Positions 21,855 through 35,914 are shown, counted from the whole stretch's first letter. The stretch is 63,887 nucleotides of DNA, filler included, from Dimargaris cristalligena (GCA_003614675.1; 11 parts of 11 records of this genome joined end to end with filler, not necessarily neighbours in it), one strand, 5' to 3'. The notes: a model not told the origin generated them from the letters alone. Program-made: numbers and translations.

Positions 21855-22076
21855 TGTTGAAATACTAAGGATATAAAGAAAATAAAACTGGAAGTAAGGG
21901 AAGAAAGCAGCCAGAGGACAGTAGTTGCCTCTAGGTAGTTAGTTTTATTGAATTGTAATTTCAGTGGGGTAAAACATAAGTGACTAACATAAATGATCTC
22001 ATGATAGCAGAATAAAATAACATAATTAGGTAAAACAGAATAGGATAAAGAATATGTAGGAACATATTCTTTAATA
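21855..22076 (-). mobile_element. Family A LTR, copy 4, decayed end, no TSD
   Basis: Reverse-complement match to 1229-1452; terminal TCAACA changed to TTAATA. Confidence 0.85.
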
Positions 22077-22483
22077 AAAACAGTGTCTGCGGTGCTGTTA
22101 CACTCACATGCAGCAATATACAAGATCCAGTACCTTGACTGTGAAAGAATATTAGTGGGACAGTCACTGGCACAAGATGAAGAACATGGTCCATTTATGG
22201 CTGTTAGCTTTGATATGGGCAAATGATGCTGTCACTGCATAATCAAGTGTCCCTTTCCTGGGCCGGATTTTCTCTTCGAACATTAATCACCACCTTCACC
22301 CATTTTTATTTTGCATTTCACCTAAGAAATATAATCAGCTGAATCGCGCTTTACCCATATCAACATATAATAGGGGCACCCAACAGGTAGCTGCTTTAAT
22401 TAAGGAGTGGGAAATGGATTTTTACATTAGTCCTTGGAAGGGCTTATTAAATATATAAACATGACAAATATATACAGACAGCC

Positions 22484-23848
22484 TCACCAACCGGGTGAAT
22501 CCAGAAGTTCGTGTAGCACATCATTCTCCCCGACCAATGACTTGACCAAGATGACTATATTTTCCAGTTCTTCGATCACTTCCTCCAGGGCCGCGGAGTA
22601 GGCGTACCAGTAGAACGTGCTTAACATGTACTTGCGCGGGGGGCGCTGTGACTTACCCGGCGGCTTTCCCGATGCTGGAGTCACTTCCTTCAGGGGTGGG
22701 GGAAAATGCTGGGATGGCTCAGGGCCGCTGCCGAGTGGCCCCTGGGAAACATGCGCCGAAGTCTCAAAGGATTGTTCCTCCCCCCCTCCTTCATCGCCCG
22801 GGTAGCGGTGGGTGAGGGTCTGGTCTAATGTGCGCGAGGTTCGCCGAGTGTGCATGGAAAGCCACTCGTCTTCGTCTTCACTTTCGTTACCTTCGTCAAA
22901 ACTAGCGAGCGGAGAGCGTACCCGCCCAGCACCATCCACCTGATGATGATCGGGGGGTACTAAATGGGAATGTTGGGTCGGCACGTATTGGTTATACTTG
23001 CGGTGGGGATCGTGGTGAATCCCTCCTCCCAGATGATACTGGTTATCAGTGGGGGCTAACGTAGAGCGTCGGCGCCGGTGGTGGTGGCGGGATTGGGTCT
23101 GGGACTGGGGTTGGGAAGTGGAACTCTGATCCAATGATTGGTTGGAGTCGTTGTGATTACCGGTCCGCTCCCCTGAGTCTTGGAGGTGGGAACTCGGGAT
23201 AATCTCGTCACCACCACTAACCGCAGCCTTCTCCGGCTCATTCACAGTAGATAACCGGGTCTCGAATGAACGCCGTGATGTTGGGGGCGCCAGGGTGTCC
23301 TGCGTGGAGGAATTCCAGCTGGAGTTCCGGGGCACCCCCGAAGGGCGTGCGCGTAGTAGTGAACGCTGGGGGGACGCTACATCCGTAGCCTCGCTATCCC
23401 GTTCCAAACGGTGGGACAGGGTCGACGGAGAGCCATTCACCGATGGGGTCGTAGGAGCTGCTCTTGGTCTGGGTGATTTCCGAGGTTTGGCCTGGGCAAA
23501 GAGGTTCGCGGGCTGAGACCGGGGATTTTGGAATGACCATTCGCTCGCACCCGATGGCAGAGTAGAAGCGGTTTCCCGTTCCCGACGGCCATGACGGCCC
23601 ATGGCACTGTCTTCGTCGTCACTGTCACTTCCACTACTGCTACTATCGTCATCCGGAAGCGGGTATGTTGAACTATCGTCCAAGTGGGGCCGGGCATGGG
23701 CCAAATGACTTCTAATCTGACTGATCAGTCGGATCCGAGCGGCCCGCCCACTCGGTAAATAAGGGGGGAGCGGGGTTTTGCTGCGAAGCGCCCCGGCAAG
23801 GGCGTAAAAATTGATCAAGATGGCGGCGGTCATGTCCCGCCGGCCGTG
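22484..23848 (-). CDS. C-terminal part of a fungal ArAE_2/FUSC-like membrane protein; 5' partial
   Basis: RRDMTAAILINFYALAGALRSKTPLPPYLPSGRAAR and terminal YWYAYSAALEEVIEELE...VGE flank a long disordered insert. Confidence 0.7.
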   Translation of the reverse strand, partial: HGRRDMTAAILINFYALAGALRSKTPLPPYLPSGRAARIRLISQIRSHLAHARPHLDDSSTYPLPDDDSSSSGSDSDDEDSAMGRHGRRERETASTLPSGASEWSFQNPRSQPANLFAQAKPRKSPRPRAAPTTPSVNGSPSTLSHRLERDSEATDVASPQRSLLRARPSGVPRNSSWNSSTQDTLAPPTSRRSFETRLSTVNEPEKAAVSGGDEIIPSSHLQDSGERTGNHNDSNQSLDQSSTSQPQSQTQSRHHHRRRRSTLAPTDNQYHLGGGIHHDPHRKYNQYVPTQHSHLVPPDHHQVDGAGRVRSPLASFDEGNESEDEDEWLSMHTRRTSRTLDQTLTHRYPGDEGGGEEQSFETSAHVSQGPLGSGPEPSQHFPPPLKEVTPASGKPPGKSQRPPRKYMLSTFYWYAYSAALEEVIEELENIVILVKSLVGENDVLHELLDSPGW

Positions 23849-25079
23849 NNNNNNNNNNNNNNNNNNNNNNNNNNNNNNNNNNNNNNNNNNNNTTAATTAA
23901 TTAANNNNNNNNNNNNNNNNNNNNNNNNNNNNNNNNNNNNNNNNNNNNTATCATAGTCTTGCAATTCGGGTATAAAAACCCGCCTATTTTTCTCCCTAAT
24001 TCGAGGAGAAAATCCAGCAGAAAAAACCTATCTATATCGTTATAAAATCCATAAAAACCATCCTTATTATAAAATAAAAACTTCTACAAAATCCAATCTA
24101 TTAACTTATTAATTTTACAAGGCCGTCGAAGAGCGAAGGAAAAGTAGCCACGGTCCTTAAGTTCGATTTACATATATATATAAATATTATTTCATTTAAA
24201 ATATGTTCCGCTCGAAGCGTCAGTTCACTGAGAGCCCAGAGGCGTCTCCTCCGCCCTCTCCATCCCGTCCCCGCTCTCCACTTGAATGGTTGTTTCCGGC
24301 CTCCTCCTCACGGTCCGGTGCCCTTCAACCCGATAGGGCCACGCTGAACCCTCCCGGATCCCCGGGCCGTGTTACTACATTTGTATATGCAAATTCGCTT
24401 TTAAACTACCCACTAATGGGAAGAATTTACATCTTAACTCCTATGTTTCCTCTACACGGAGCATGCATGGCATAGTATTGATGGACTATTTACCATGCCG
24501 CCAATAGGTTTATGGAGGAATTTGTAATTTTTGATAAGTCGGTGGCTGGCAATACAAGACTAGTGTTTTGTGAGCTGGTCAGGATAGCGATATGGATTTT
24601 TGACTATATTGAGCAAGAGTTACTAAACGGGGGGTCTAGTCTCTTCATATTACCATGCAAAATATTATTATCTACAAAAGCGGAACTCTAACCTTCCTAA
24701 TTGATTACAGGCACACTCATCTGGAAATTGTTCACCCCAACTAAATGGAATACGTGGGGGAGGGGTTATCTACACCTTGCTGTAGGTCAAACTAGGTTGG
24801 CCAATCGTCATTTATGCAACTAGATATCATTTTCTATATCCAACTATTGATGAGGTGATCACCATTATGACTAGGATTCTGTTTTTTAAAAATAAGAATC
24901 CTATTTACGAAGGTTTTGATCAGCTATACTAAATAAAGAAAAGAGTTGCCTGCTCTTCGATCCAAAACCACAAAACACATACATTCATTACCAGGCCAAG
25001 TCTCCCTAACCTAATAACCGGCTGAACAATGTGACATTGGATCGGTTGAACGCCATGGTGTACGATATATACACATATA

Positions 25080-28000
25080 CTACTCGGGCTTCAATTTATC
25101 CACAGCCTCATCAATTTTGCGGAACTGCCAATTCCAGCCCGCATTGTATAAAAACGGTCGGAGGTCAAATCGATTATCGTCCGGACTATAGTTTTCCGCG
25201 TGGTAGGATGGGGTGAGGGTGGTCATCTTATGCCGGTTGATCGAGTAATAGTAAAAGAAGCGCTTGACCTTGCTAGCAATAACGCTAGGGGCCAACGCCG
25301 ATAGACCACTGCCACCACTACCCCATTCGTGGTAGAGTTTGTGGAACATAGCCACTGGGCCACAGCGGGCCACCTTGCGTAAACGGCCGAACACGGAAAG
25401 TTCATCATAGGTCATACCCATTTCGGCCTCATCGGACTGAACATAGGTGGCCGAGAAGGGAACTAATTCAGCGGACGGGGTGGCTTCCAAGAATCTGAGG
25501 AGAGGGAGGGGGAGAGAGAACCATTGCCATATAAAGTACGGTGAGTATCGATAATTAACCAGTAATGAGAGAAGGAAGGTAGGGAGGTGGAGTAAAGAGT
25601 ATTGTATTCTATAACCCCAGACCATACAAGCCGTATTCTAGTATCTGATATCAATCAGTATGGTGCACTTACTGGTCATAGAGGGGCAGTTGGTACTTAT
25701 CGCGGTAGAAGGCTAAGAAAGTCCGAAGGTCTTGTTTACTGATGCCTCCAATGGGGTTAATATCGGCACTTGAGCAGTCATACTTGGTCATATAGCCTCG
25801 GAGGCATTCGTCGACATTGGAACTGCCCAGGACTAGCAACGAACCCCGCTGGGATCGCGTCCAAGGTAGTAGCTGGGCGAACAGGTAGGCAAGTACCATG
25901 CGAAGGCGGGCCTAAATATTATCGGTTCGGGGTTGGGCATCCAAGTATATAGTCAATGACCAGTACAGAAAGTTAATACCCCAGCGCCATAGAATAGCAT
26001 GATAGGAATCCATATAATAATATGCCAGCTTGTATTGTTCATGCATTTCCAGCATGGCACCGCTGAAACCCAGTCAAGTGCTATCAAAAATAGCCTCCGC
26101 AGTAGATATAGACATACCTGAATGTTTTGTAAGGCCAGATTCTCGGTAGTGGTACCGCCATTAGCCTCGTACTGGGGGGTCTTTCCAGTGATAGTGGTGA
26201 ACAAGGTAACGACTGCCGACACCATACTATCCATATTTAGGTCTACATGATAGCTGCCAATCTGGGCGGCCAGGTCTTTAGCCCGCTGGCGGGTTTCGCG
26301 ACCTGAGTTGGCCGTCCCCATATAACAGGTATGAAAGATACACTGGGCTAGGTCCTGGGGCGACTGGGGTAGTCGTAGCGGGTCTTCGGGGGTAGCACAA
26401 AGACGTTGGGCATCCGCAATCACCTGCTCATTACCCTCCGCAATGGCCAGGAGAACCAGACGACACATGGAATCCACAATCGTAGCCGTGGAGCAACTGT
26501 CTAAACCACCGCTTAGAGGCAGGAGAAACCCACTCATGCGGGAACGACGGAGGTAGTCCCAGAGCCAGCAGGCAGGCCCGAGACTGATTTCCTCCGCTGT
26601 GGAGTGGTATTTAGGTGATATGGGTCGAGTGGGTCGCAGGGGCGTCGATAAAGCGAGGGAGGGTTTGGAGAGGGAAATCAACGCTTCAACACGTGGATAG
26701 GGAGGCGTTTGGACGGCCTGCATACAGCGACTGCTGTTGGACCCCCGCAGGGACCGAATATCGTCTAGATCAATCGTGGCGGTAACGACTTCCTAGAAAC
26801 GGGGCGTCGGAAAGGGGGTTGGGGAATGGTCCGAATAAAAAATCAATCAGACAGGGTATCGCGTTAGTAATTTGTCAAAGGGATCAGTTAGAACGACTCT
26901 ATATATATATGGTCCATTGAACATAATGAGGGCCTGCTGCTGGCCACACTTTAAAAGAAGGTGGCACGTTCACTACAGTGGTTATGGAACCTCGACGAAA
27001 AACACATTGGTATATCGGTTGACCATAGGACCTTTGCGCCAGTGTTTCGTTAATCCAGTGTAACTAGATCGTGTACTGCTGGACAGGCAAAACAAATGCC
27101 CTACTTACCACATCGTTTAGTGAGAATTGCGAGCCTTGAGCCACCACCTCGCCGTTTACGGACACGAGGGCACACCCGTCATAATACAGCCGGTCCCCGT
27201 CACACCCCTGCTGGTTGGCATAGGCGTACGCCCCTCCATTTCTTAACGTGGCCTCCTTAATCAACTCAATCCGACGGTGAAGTTTGCGTAGCTCGTGGTG
27301 GCTTCCGCTGCTATTGGTAACGATTTCCACCCCGTCCAAAAACATGTCAATGTGGGGGCTGCGTGGGGTGAAGAGCTCCTCGCATAATTCAATACCCACA
27401 CACGTATCAAGTGTGGCTACCACTGCGTCACCGAAAGGCACCTTGGTTTGGCCCGTGGTCTCCTGAACCACCGGGGGCAGCCAATACTCGTCAAGTGTCC
27501 GCCGCTGGGTCCAGGGGGAAAACCAGCGGAGTTCACGGTAGTTGCCATCGTTGGCCAGGTGCATTTTGGGGCGGATCAAAAGAATACGGCCGTCCAAAGC
27601 GACAATCCGACAGTTGTAGTGAACCCCTTTGTGGCTCACGGGCCTATAAAAATTCAATATACATATTGACCGTATGGTGAAGCAATGTGCTTGCCCCATA
27701 GCAAAACATTAAGTGAGTACAATTGTCCATTCGGGCGAGATAAAACTGCAGATAAAAGGGATGTTAAAAGATAAGTACAATATAGGACTGGGATTATACT
27801 GCCCCGCTCGGTTTACAGGGTTGGTGGAATGGCGGCCTAATAAGAACTTACATGCCAATATCTAACAAAATACCATGGCATTTTTCATCCTGTAAAAGTT
27901 CAGCCAGCACTTCCCAGGCATGGCGGTACGTGTCACCTAGGAGGTAAAATAATATTTGGTGGGCGGATTGGATACATGGGTAGGTCATGAAAGATTCGGG

Positions 28001-28524
28001 TTAATTACAACAGTTCTAAAAGGAGGCCATGACTTCCAGGGCCGCACACCCTTGGGAAGGACCCTGGTTCCAGGGAGACCAACCTCTATTTCAGTACCCG
28101 AGAGTAGCACAATACCAGACGGGAAGGCACTTACTCTCATAGAAATGGTCCTGGCAGCCGTAACCTCTACGAAAGCAAACAAGACGTTTACAGATATAAC
28201 AAAAGGGAATATACTAAGGGGTTGAGGGGCCATAGAGCGTATGTGCAAACACTTGGGTATACTATTCGACGACTCGGTTATTCGAGTCGGCCTCAGGCCA
28301 GAGAAGAAGGGCAATGTATAAGTAGACGGTAGGGAATGGTTAAACCATTTGGTACCGGAAATACTGAAGCTGACGTACGTAATTTCGAGTTCGGGGCCGG
28401 TACGTATAGTGGCCCCAGCAGCTTTGGCTAATTGAATGCTCTTCCTAATGCGCTCCAGGTTCCCGTCAAAGTCGAGGGCCCATTGGTTCAGGGAGCAGGT
28501 TGCAAGGGTTACAATGAGAGTCAT
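25080..28524 (-). CDS. QNS1: Glutamine-dependent NAD+ synthetase; exons 28524-28379, 28166-28135, 27936-27852, 27643-27109, 26792-26118, 25911-25673, 25494-25080
   Basis: Nitrilase-like domain ([30 protein letters not shown]) and synthetase motifs ([50 protein letters not shown]). All six introns are GT-AG and phase-consistent. Confidence 0.96.
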
Positions 28525-29178
28525 GAGGAGCTAAGTAAGAACTTCGAAAAAACAAAGGGCGAATGGGGGAATGGGAGTAATCTGTGGTAATTAAACGAAC
28601 CAGTAGCTGGTTGGGTTTATAGACCACACCCCCAACCAAGTAGACGGCAGCACCCAATACCAACAACCCCACTTGCCCCCCTCCACACCTTTAGTGGCCC
28701 ACTTTGGCCGTCTTAAGGGTTGTACAACCCAAACACTTGGCCCTTAATTTATCATATATTATTTCCGTATCTATGCATGTGTATATATAGGTGGAATTCA
28801 GCATGCTCGTAAACTATTTGGAATAAAATATTGCTGGTATAATACTGAATTTGATTTCAATAACCCTAGGAGAACAAATGTTACCAAATGCCTTTCAAAT
28901 ATACAGTGGAAATGAAATTATCCCTGACACCAAAAGGCAAAGTATGGCCACTGAGTGATTTTACATTACCACAATCAGATAACATGCCTAGGAAAAAGCA
29001 GCCACTAGTTAGGGTAGCTATAGACAGCTTGCTATATATTTCATTGCAAACCAGTTGGCAGAGGAAGTGATCTGAGAAGCAGCCATGTTGCATATTCAAA
29101 ATTCATTGGAAAATTAGTAAACATCCATGAATTACACTTTTTACAATGAATTCATTTGTTAAAACCTTTAAATAATAG

Positions 29179-29668
29179 CATCACCCAGGTTAACCACTCT
29201 TAGTCTGTCAAGAGTCCCAAGGATAGGCTTCTAGTGGTAGGCGGGGCTTAGACTTGGCCAAGCAGGCTACTAGCATTAGGATAGGGGTGTAGTACTAACC
29301 AGTAAAGGACAAATGTAGGTAAATGTCAGGGATATGCAGTGGGCATACTTACTAGATAGTGCAAGGAGGGTGAGTGTATATAGAGTTTATTGAGGTAAAC
29401 TGGGGGATATGAATAAGTTGAGGGATCAGACTGGTCCCAGTGGGGCCCAGTTATATATATGCAGGAACAGCTCCAGCAGGAGGTCCCAAGGTGAACACTA
29501 CTAAGACTAAGGTATAGGTAGATAAAGAATCTGACCAGATGGCTTTATATCTGGAAGACTCTCATGGGAACTGGAAGTCTTGGATCAGCAGGTTGAGTGT
29601 TTTTGTACAAAGTGTTGGGGCCAGAAGGGGAAGAGTTATATAATAAAGGATGACCCCATAGTACTGGG
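29179..29668 (-). mobile_element. LTR-like repeat family C, copy 1 (end interrupted by family D)
   Basis: ~490-nt colinear match to 42103-42588; AATAAA on the minus strand. Confidence 0.75.
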
Positions 29669-29783
29669 TATAAAGAACTGAACTCAAATCCTTAAAAACT
29701 GAACTTTATTTGAAAAGATAGGTAATAAAAGGGAAAGGTGATGATAGACTTGCTGTTCCAAGAGGTGGCAGTAAGGGGGAGTA
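29669..29783. repeat. Repeat family D, copy 2, truncated by contig end
   Basis: Matches 5827-5929; starts TATAAAG instead of TGTAAAG. Confidence 0.8.
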
Positions 29784-30142
29784 NNNNNNNNNNNNNNNNN
29801 NNNNNNNNNNNNNNNNNNNNNNNNNNNTTAATTAATTAANNNNNNNNNNNNNNNNNNNNNNNNNNNNNNNNNNNNNNNNNNNNAAAATGGTTAGTGGGTA
29901 TTATACTCGCGGGGAGGGGAAGGAGAGGAGAGGTGGAATCAGCGAAGAGGGTATTGTGAGTCCTCGAGTTTCTTCCTTTCCTTTTTTTTCTTTAAAAAAA
30001 TACAGTCTTCGACTGCCGGAAACAATGCCACTTCCCAGACTGTGCATACGCATAATAGATTGGCCTAGCGATATGATAGTGTCCTATTAGCAATCATGAC
30101 ATCGGCTGAACTGAATATAGTAAAGGGATGGGTTTGACATAC

Positions 30143-31455
30143 CTGTTTCCTCCCAGCGAGTCCTGCAGCAGACGAGTGAGTTTCGAGTCGCGATAGGGAA
30201 TGTGGGTGGCCTTCTTGGAAGAATCGCCGAGGGCACTGATCACATTACCCAGGGCTAATAAGCCGGCATTGATGGAGATCCCTTCCCTCACCCGCTCGCC
30301 GACGGAGTGGGTGCGCTTGAGGCGCTCCGAACCGGCCAAGTCCACAAAATGAAATTTGGAATGAACAACTATCTTCTCGCAGGTGGGGTCGGGGGCAGTA
30401 TGGCCACGCGAATTGGGGGATAGAAACCCGGCGGGGGAAGCGGGGCGCTGAGGGTCGCCGCTTACACCCCGAGCGGGGCTGCCGGAGTACCGCTCCTGGC
30501 GCAGACTGACGGAGAAAATGGCGTGGGACCGGGATGACTTTTCGTTCATGTCCGTGGTGTTCGTTTGCCGGATGCGGGAGCCGGCCTCAAGAATTTGGAA
30601 AACCTGGTCGGCGGAATATACCGGTTCTTCCCGCACGCCGGACCAGTAAATCCGGCCGCGTGGGTCCTCTCGGATGGTAATGGGTGGTCGTGCCACACCT
30701 TCGTAGGCCGCAAGAAGATCGATTAGGTCTTCGTTGTAGACCTCCAAGTAAGAGACGGTGACCTGGTAGGAGGACCATTCGGGCGGCTGGAGAGACAGGA
30801 ATTGGAAGAGGGTGTGGATAGCACGGGGGATAATACCCAGCGTATTGGGGAGGGAGATGTGGGCATCCCCCATACCAGTACCCATGGTGTAAGTCTTACC
30901 CGACGAGGTCTGGCCGTAGGCTAAGATGGTGACATTATAACCGTCGACGAATTTATCCAACAACGGCACCACGCTGGACTCGTAAATCTCGGACTGGGTG
31001 GACTGCTGGCCAAACACATAGTCGAAGGTGAAGTGCTTGAGGCCACTGCCTACACCGGTACCAGGCACATTAATAGAAACGGACGAGGCGACGGGGGAGA
31101 TGTCAATAATGTCGGTAGTTTGGCGGGTAGTGAGGGGCGCCCTGGGGAGGGAGGCGCTCGAACCAGAGCCATTGGGGGCGGGGGACTGCTCGGCGTTCTG
31201 CAACGGCCGGACCCGCAGGGCCACCTGGACGGGGAGCTCGCCGGCGGGCGAGGGTGTATTTTGACGGGTCGAGGCAGTATTAGAAGGGGAAAGTAGGGCA
31301 CCGGCAATGGACGAGGCAGAAGCGGGGGATAAAGCCTGGGAAACGCCGCTCGCTCTGCCGAGACTTTGGGTGTATGGAGAGCCAGGGTGGCGGCGAGTTG
31401 GCGACGGTATCCGGGGTATGGACGAACCCGAGAAGCTGGAATTCGGACTAAACAT
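30143..31455 (-). CDS. Kinesin-4 family (KIF4/KIF21-like) motor, first exon; 3' partial
   Basis: P-loop GQTSSGKT, NEKSSRSH, FHFVDLAGSERLKRT, EGISINAGLLALGNVISALG, HIPYRDSKLTRLLQDSLGGN. GTATGT donor at 30142; the intron runs to the contig end. Confidence 0.92.
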
Positions 31456-34400
31456 GAGGACCAGGCGGTAAGGGTCAGTGAGGGTGGCAGCAGATGGTAG
31501 AGTATGGTGGGGAATGGAGCAGCTGTCTGTGGAGGTATGTAAAGGTGTTGCGGGGGAAGGGGTAACCCGACCGGGCCGCCAGGGTCAGCGACGAAGCGCG
31601 AAACGAGAGAAATAAGTAGGAATAGTCGGAAAGGCCAGCAGGAATACAGCAGCGAATCTTCAAAGACGAATAAAATAAAGTGGGCGGCTACGGATATATA
31701 ATTTAAGCAGCGAACACGCCGATACACAGACGAGGAGAGGCGAGTTGGAAAGGAACTTGGCATATAAAACAGGTCTAGAAAAAGAAGAGGGAAAACACAA
31801 GAGAAGGGCAACAAAGGGTTAAAGTAGCGGGGTTTTGTGGGGGAAGCGATGGTATTTAGACTGTATGCGGCAATGTAACTGGGTGGGTGGGTAGGGTATA
31901 TGCTGGGATGGGGCAATCCATTTAGGCCCTAGCGAGGGCATGTTGCACCAAACTGCAATGGTAAACAAGCTCTACCACGCCCTTCCTTGGGTGTGTGGAT
32001 ACTTGATAAAGTATTCCATACAAATGTAGTTTAATCCTATCATGCCAGGTACCGCTGTGTTTGCGTGTCTATAACAATGCCACTCAGGCAGAATAACCGT
32101 GGTGAAGGAGTGCGGGTGTTTTGCATGGCACCGACCACTTGCCCACACCCACTGATCCCTCGCAAAAACACTGGTGAATCCCCGTTTATTCCCGGATTGA
32201 ATGGGGTTCTTGGCCCCACTTGCGCAGGCAGAATAGGCTCAGGGCCTTCTAATTTACTTTGCTAGTATAACTCCGCCAGACAACAAGTAGGACCATCCCA
32301 TTCATTACCAGGGATTGGAAAAGGCCCGCACTTTAGAGTATCACATAGGCGACCCTACCCAGCAGGCTGTATCAGAGTCACCCGATAGCACCGACCGCCT
32401 CCCTACATCTGGGCCGTCTCCTGTCGCATCCTGGCCGCGTCGCTGCACACGAACCTACCGCCCTATTCGACCTCGCATTAATTAATTCGGCCTCTATCAC
32501 CTGCTGGTCCTCTAGTCTCTGTTGTTCTTTCCCCCTCCCGCTCGCATTAGCCTACATTCCCTTCCGCCGCCCCCATGGGATTGTTGTCCTTGTCACCCCA
32601 ATGCGTTGGATGTGTCATTATGGCGCACTAGACTGGAAATGGCCCATGCGGAAGCTCGCCGATGTTTGGGCCTAGATGGTCTAATCAGGGTGTTCGGGAT
32701 GGCTGGCTTAAAGATGCGACTCCCGCTCTATGCTGGTATGGGGCCAACCCCCCCCCCTTCAGCATCCCATAGAGTCACCGGCCATTCGTTAAAGTAAAGC
32801 GATAAGGAGGCGGTGAACCGTGGGGAGTGCGGAAAAACGTAAGCACAGAGAAAAAGGAGAGGGGGAGAGTGTCTGAGTGATTCAGTTCAATAAGCCCGAC
32901 ATGAATCCCTCCTCCTCCCCCCCTGCCATTAGTATCCAACATTTGCCGATAGTTTGGCTCGCATTCCGCTTCTACTGCATCAAAACGTAATAATTGAACA
33001 GTGTCGCTCCCACTATCCAGTGCTCCCACCCTAACAGTTTCATCCGAAAAGCCTCTATCCCCTGCTCTCTCTCTCGTATGCACATGTTATTTTTTTACGT
33101 TGCTCCGTTTTCCAAATGACTATATTATGGGCCTCTGTGAGAACACACAGCAAACGCCACTGCATGCTTATTTCGTCCATTCTACCAACTCGGAAACGTC
33201 CTCATTACACCCCCCCGGTCTTTGGAACGGGTGTACACAGGTTAAGCCATTAATATATGGAATGGACCGATCAGAACCATTGGGGACGAGGCTTGCTGTC
33301 CATCGGTAAGTTGACTGAGCCAGTTCAGCGAATAAATGAAGTGGTGTCATCCATAGACAGTCATACTCACATATTGGCAATGGCATTGGTACTCCCCGTC
33401 AGCATCCATCCATAAAGCCACCGACCCCAAGTTTGAGAGCATTCGAATGCTGTCCCATTCGACTGTAGGCGTGAGACCACCTCAAGGTGCGGTCGTATCG
33501 GCTTCTTCCCGCCCCACTTCCTATAGTTCGCTACCTGCCCTGGCGATTGGATTAATCGAATTAAGACTGTAGAATAGAGGATATCAACCAATTTACCGGC
33601 GATGACCCCATGTTAATAAATATCAATTTTTACGACACACTCTACCCGTGGATATACCTTCTTGTACATCAACCTTAAATACTGATCCGTAGAGTAAGGG
33701 GGTGTCCAATGAAGACGTGGGTATAGTCAAAGATGTCACAGCGGTGGGCTTTGACATGGGCTAATTGATAAGGTAAGAAGAAGGTACACTCTAGAATCGT
33801 ACTTTCCCCTCTTCTGAAACCCCCTCACTACGCGTTTCCAAGTTGAATTATTTCCAAGCTGAGCCGATGTCCCCGGGGTCGGCCAAACCTACCTACCCCT
33901 CCTCCCTCCCTCCTTTCACCCCAAAGGCTCATTGGGACTGATTAAGTGTAGTCGAGCGGCTAATGGTGGAAGGTACTGGCGCGCATCTTCAGAGGGCTAT
34001 GAAGGACATACTGGAGACGAGGGGATTCAGCAGCGATCCGCCACGGTTCTACTGCAGATCATTACCATAGTAGTATTTGTAACTAGTGGATTCCCGCTCC
34101 CCGACTCTCCAGCCAGGGGTAAAAGTCTCGTTCTCTCATTTGACTGTACCTGAATCCGCCTACAATGCGCGTCATTCAATTCTACCCCAGTGAGATGGTT
34201 CCCAAAATAGGTCACTCTGCATTCTCAATCCCAAAATTAGTACGGGAATAGCATCAATATACCTTACGAGTAGCCCACCTGGGCTTAATTTATTGAATAC
34301 ATAATACTTGGAAGCGGGGCATAGGCAATCCCCCAAAAAGGGTAAATGTTAGAAGTATAGGCCATAAAATATAAAGATGGGTACATATTTAGAAAAACTG

Positions 34401-34558
34401 CAATGTAAATTATAGCATTGATATTTAAATAGTAACAATAGTAAATGAAAACAATGAAACGCCTGTATCATAAAACTTTAATTTAAAGATAAAACCCAGA
34501 TTAAATGTGATTTAATGGCAAGGGTACCCTCCTTTCCCCTAGTTGATGCGCCGGTTAA

Positions 34559-35718
34559 TCATTTTTTACCAGTGGGGTAGTGGCTACCAAACAACAGTCG
34601 GGCTTTTTCCTCCTCTTTCTTCTTGCGCTGGGCACTGGTCAATTCTCGAGTAGATGGGTCCAGTAGCCCACCAAACCGCCCCTTGCCGGAACTCCGGCTG
34701 GATAATGATGGCCGGCCTGCCGACACCGACGCAGTGACTGAGCTGGATTCGGCGGCATACCCTGGGTGATCAACCATCACAGTGTCATCCTGGCCCTGGT
34801 CACTAACCGAGTAGGTATCGAATTCGCGCCCGTTAAAGTCCGTGTAAACCGGCGGCTGGGAAGGGTGGTTCTTACTCAGTTTGCGGGCAAAATTGGACAT
34901 GGCCGTTAGAGGATTCACTAAGCGGTTCTTGGGCTTCCCGACCGAGCCGCTGTCACCATCGCCAAGGGCTTCCTCTTCGGGTCCGGTTATTTCACCATCG
35001 GTATGGGGGTGTTGGCCTGAATGTAGGGAACGCGCGCGTCGCCGTTCCTCGTCCAAGCCCACGGTCGTCGACTTGCCTTGCGGAGACTTCCCGACCGTAA
35101 ACCGGTCGAAAAAGGTGTTGGCGGTGGATGTGGCTGTGGTGCCAGTGCGACTAACACTCCGTTGGTCGGGTCGCCGGGAAACATCGCCGGCCTGGGGTGT
35201 GGGGGTGCCAGGCCGGTCGGATACCGACTCGGCGTAACTAGTCAAGTGATGGCGCGGTGCCCGGATTTGTCGAATCTTTTCACGCACCAGCGATCCGGTG
35301 TGGGCTAGCGCGACACGAATCACATCCTTCCTGATTTGCGTTACCAGTTCCAGCCAGGACCAAGTCTCGTTATGGTACTCAAACGTTGGCAGCGTAAAGA
35401 CGAACCCATGCAAATCTTCCAAATTCTTGCCCTTGGGTCCCTGGTAGCTCAAACAGTGACGCGCCCCAGGTAACTTAAGGTAGACAAATGTCTTGTTCTT
35501 GGAAGCGCGCGATTTCATTTCAAGGACGGATTTATCATCCGGCACGGTGTTCGAACTATGGATAGAAAGGGGTTTGCCAGACTGGCTTCGGCGACCGGTG
35601 CTATTACCACTGGCCGTTGTATGAACACTGCGCGGTCGCGAAGTAATCGACCCCGCGGTTGAACGGTTTTGCGTGTGGCTCCGGTAACTACTGGCGGTTT
35701 CCCGTTCGGCGGCCGGGC
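34559..35718 (-). CDS. FMP27: C-terminus of FMP27/Hobbit (BLTP2; Apt1 domain) bridge-like lipid transfer protein; 5' partial
   Basis: EMKSRASKNKTFVYLKLPG..HCLSYQG..KNLEDL..FVFTLPTFEYHNETWSWLEL...RKDVI resembles the Apt1 C-terminal block. Confidence 0.8.
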
Positions 35719-35914
35719 NNNNNNNNNNNNNNNNNNNNNNNNNNNNNNNNNNNNNNNNNNNNTTAATTAATTAANNNNNNNNNNNNNNNNNNNNNNNNNN
35801 NNNNNNNNNNNNNNNNNNCGGAAAATTGGATGAATAATGGAGAAGGGGCGAAGGGGGAGTGTGATAAGGAGGAGAGGGAGGACAGCTCCACATTACAGGG
35901 ATTGGCTCCAGGAC

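Noticed and set aside
21836-22222. ORFs 21836-22222 and 5222-5419 sharing the peptide HEIIYVSHLCFTPLKLQFNKT
   Set aside because: Chance translations of the family A LTR, not a protein family.
24203-24475. 90-aa S/P-rich ORF near a contig start
   Set aside because: No recognisable domain or clear splice structure; may be a gene fragment but cannot be supported.
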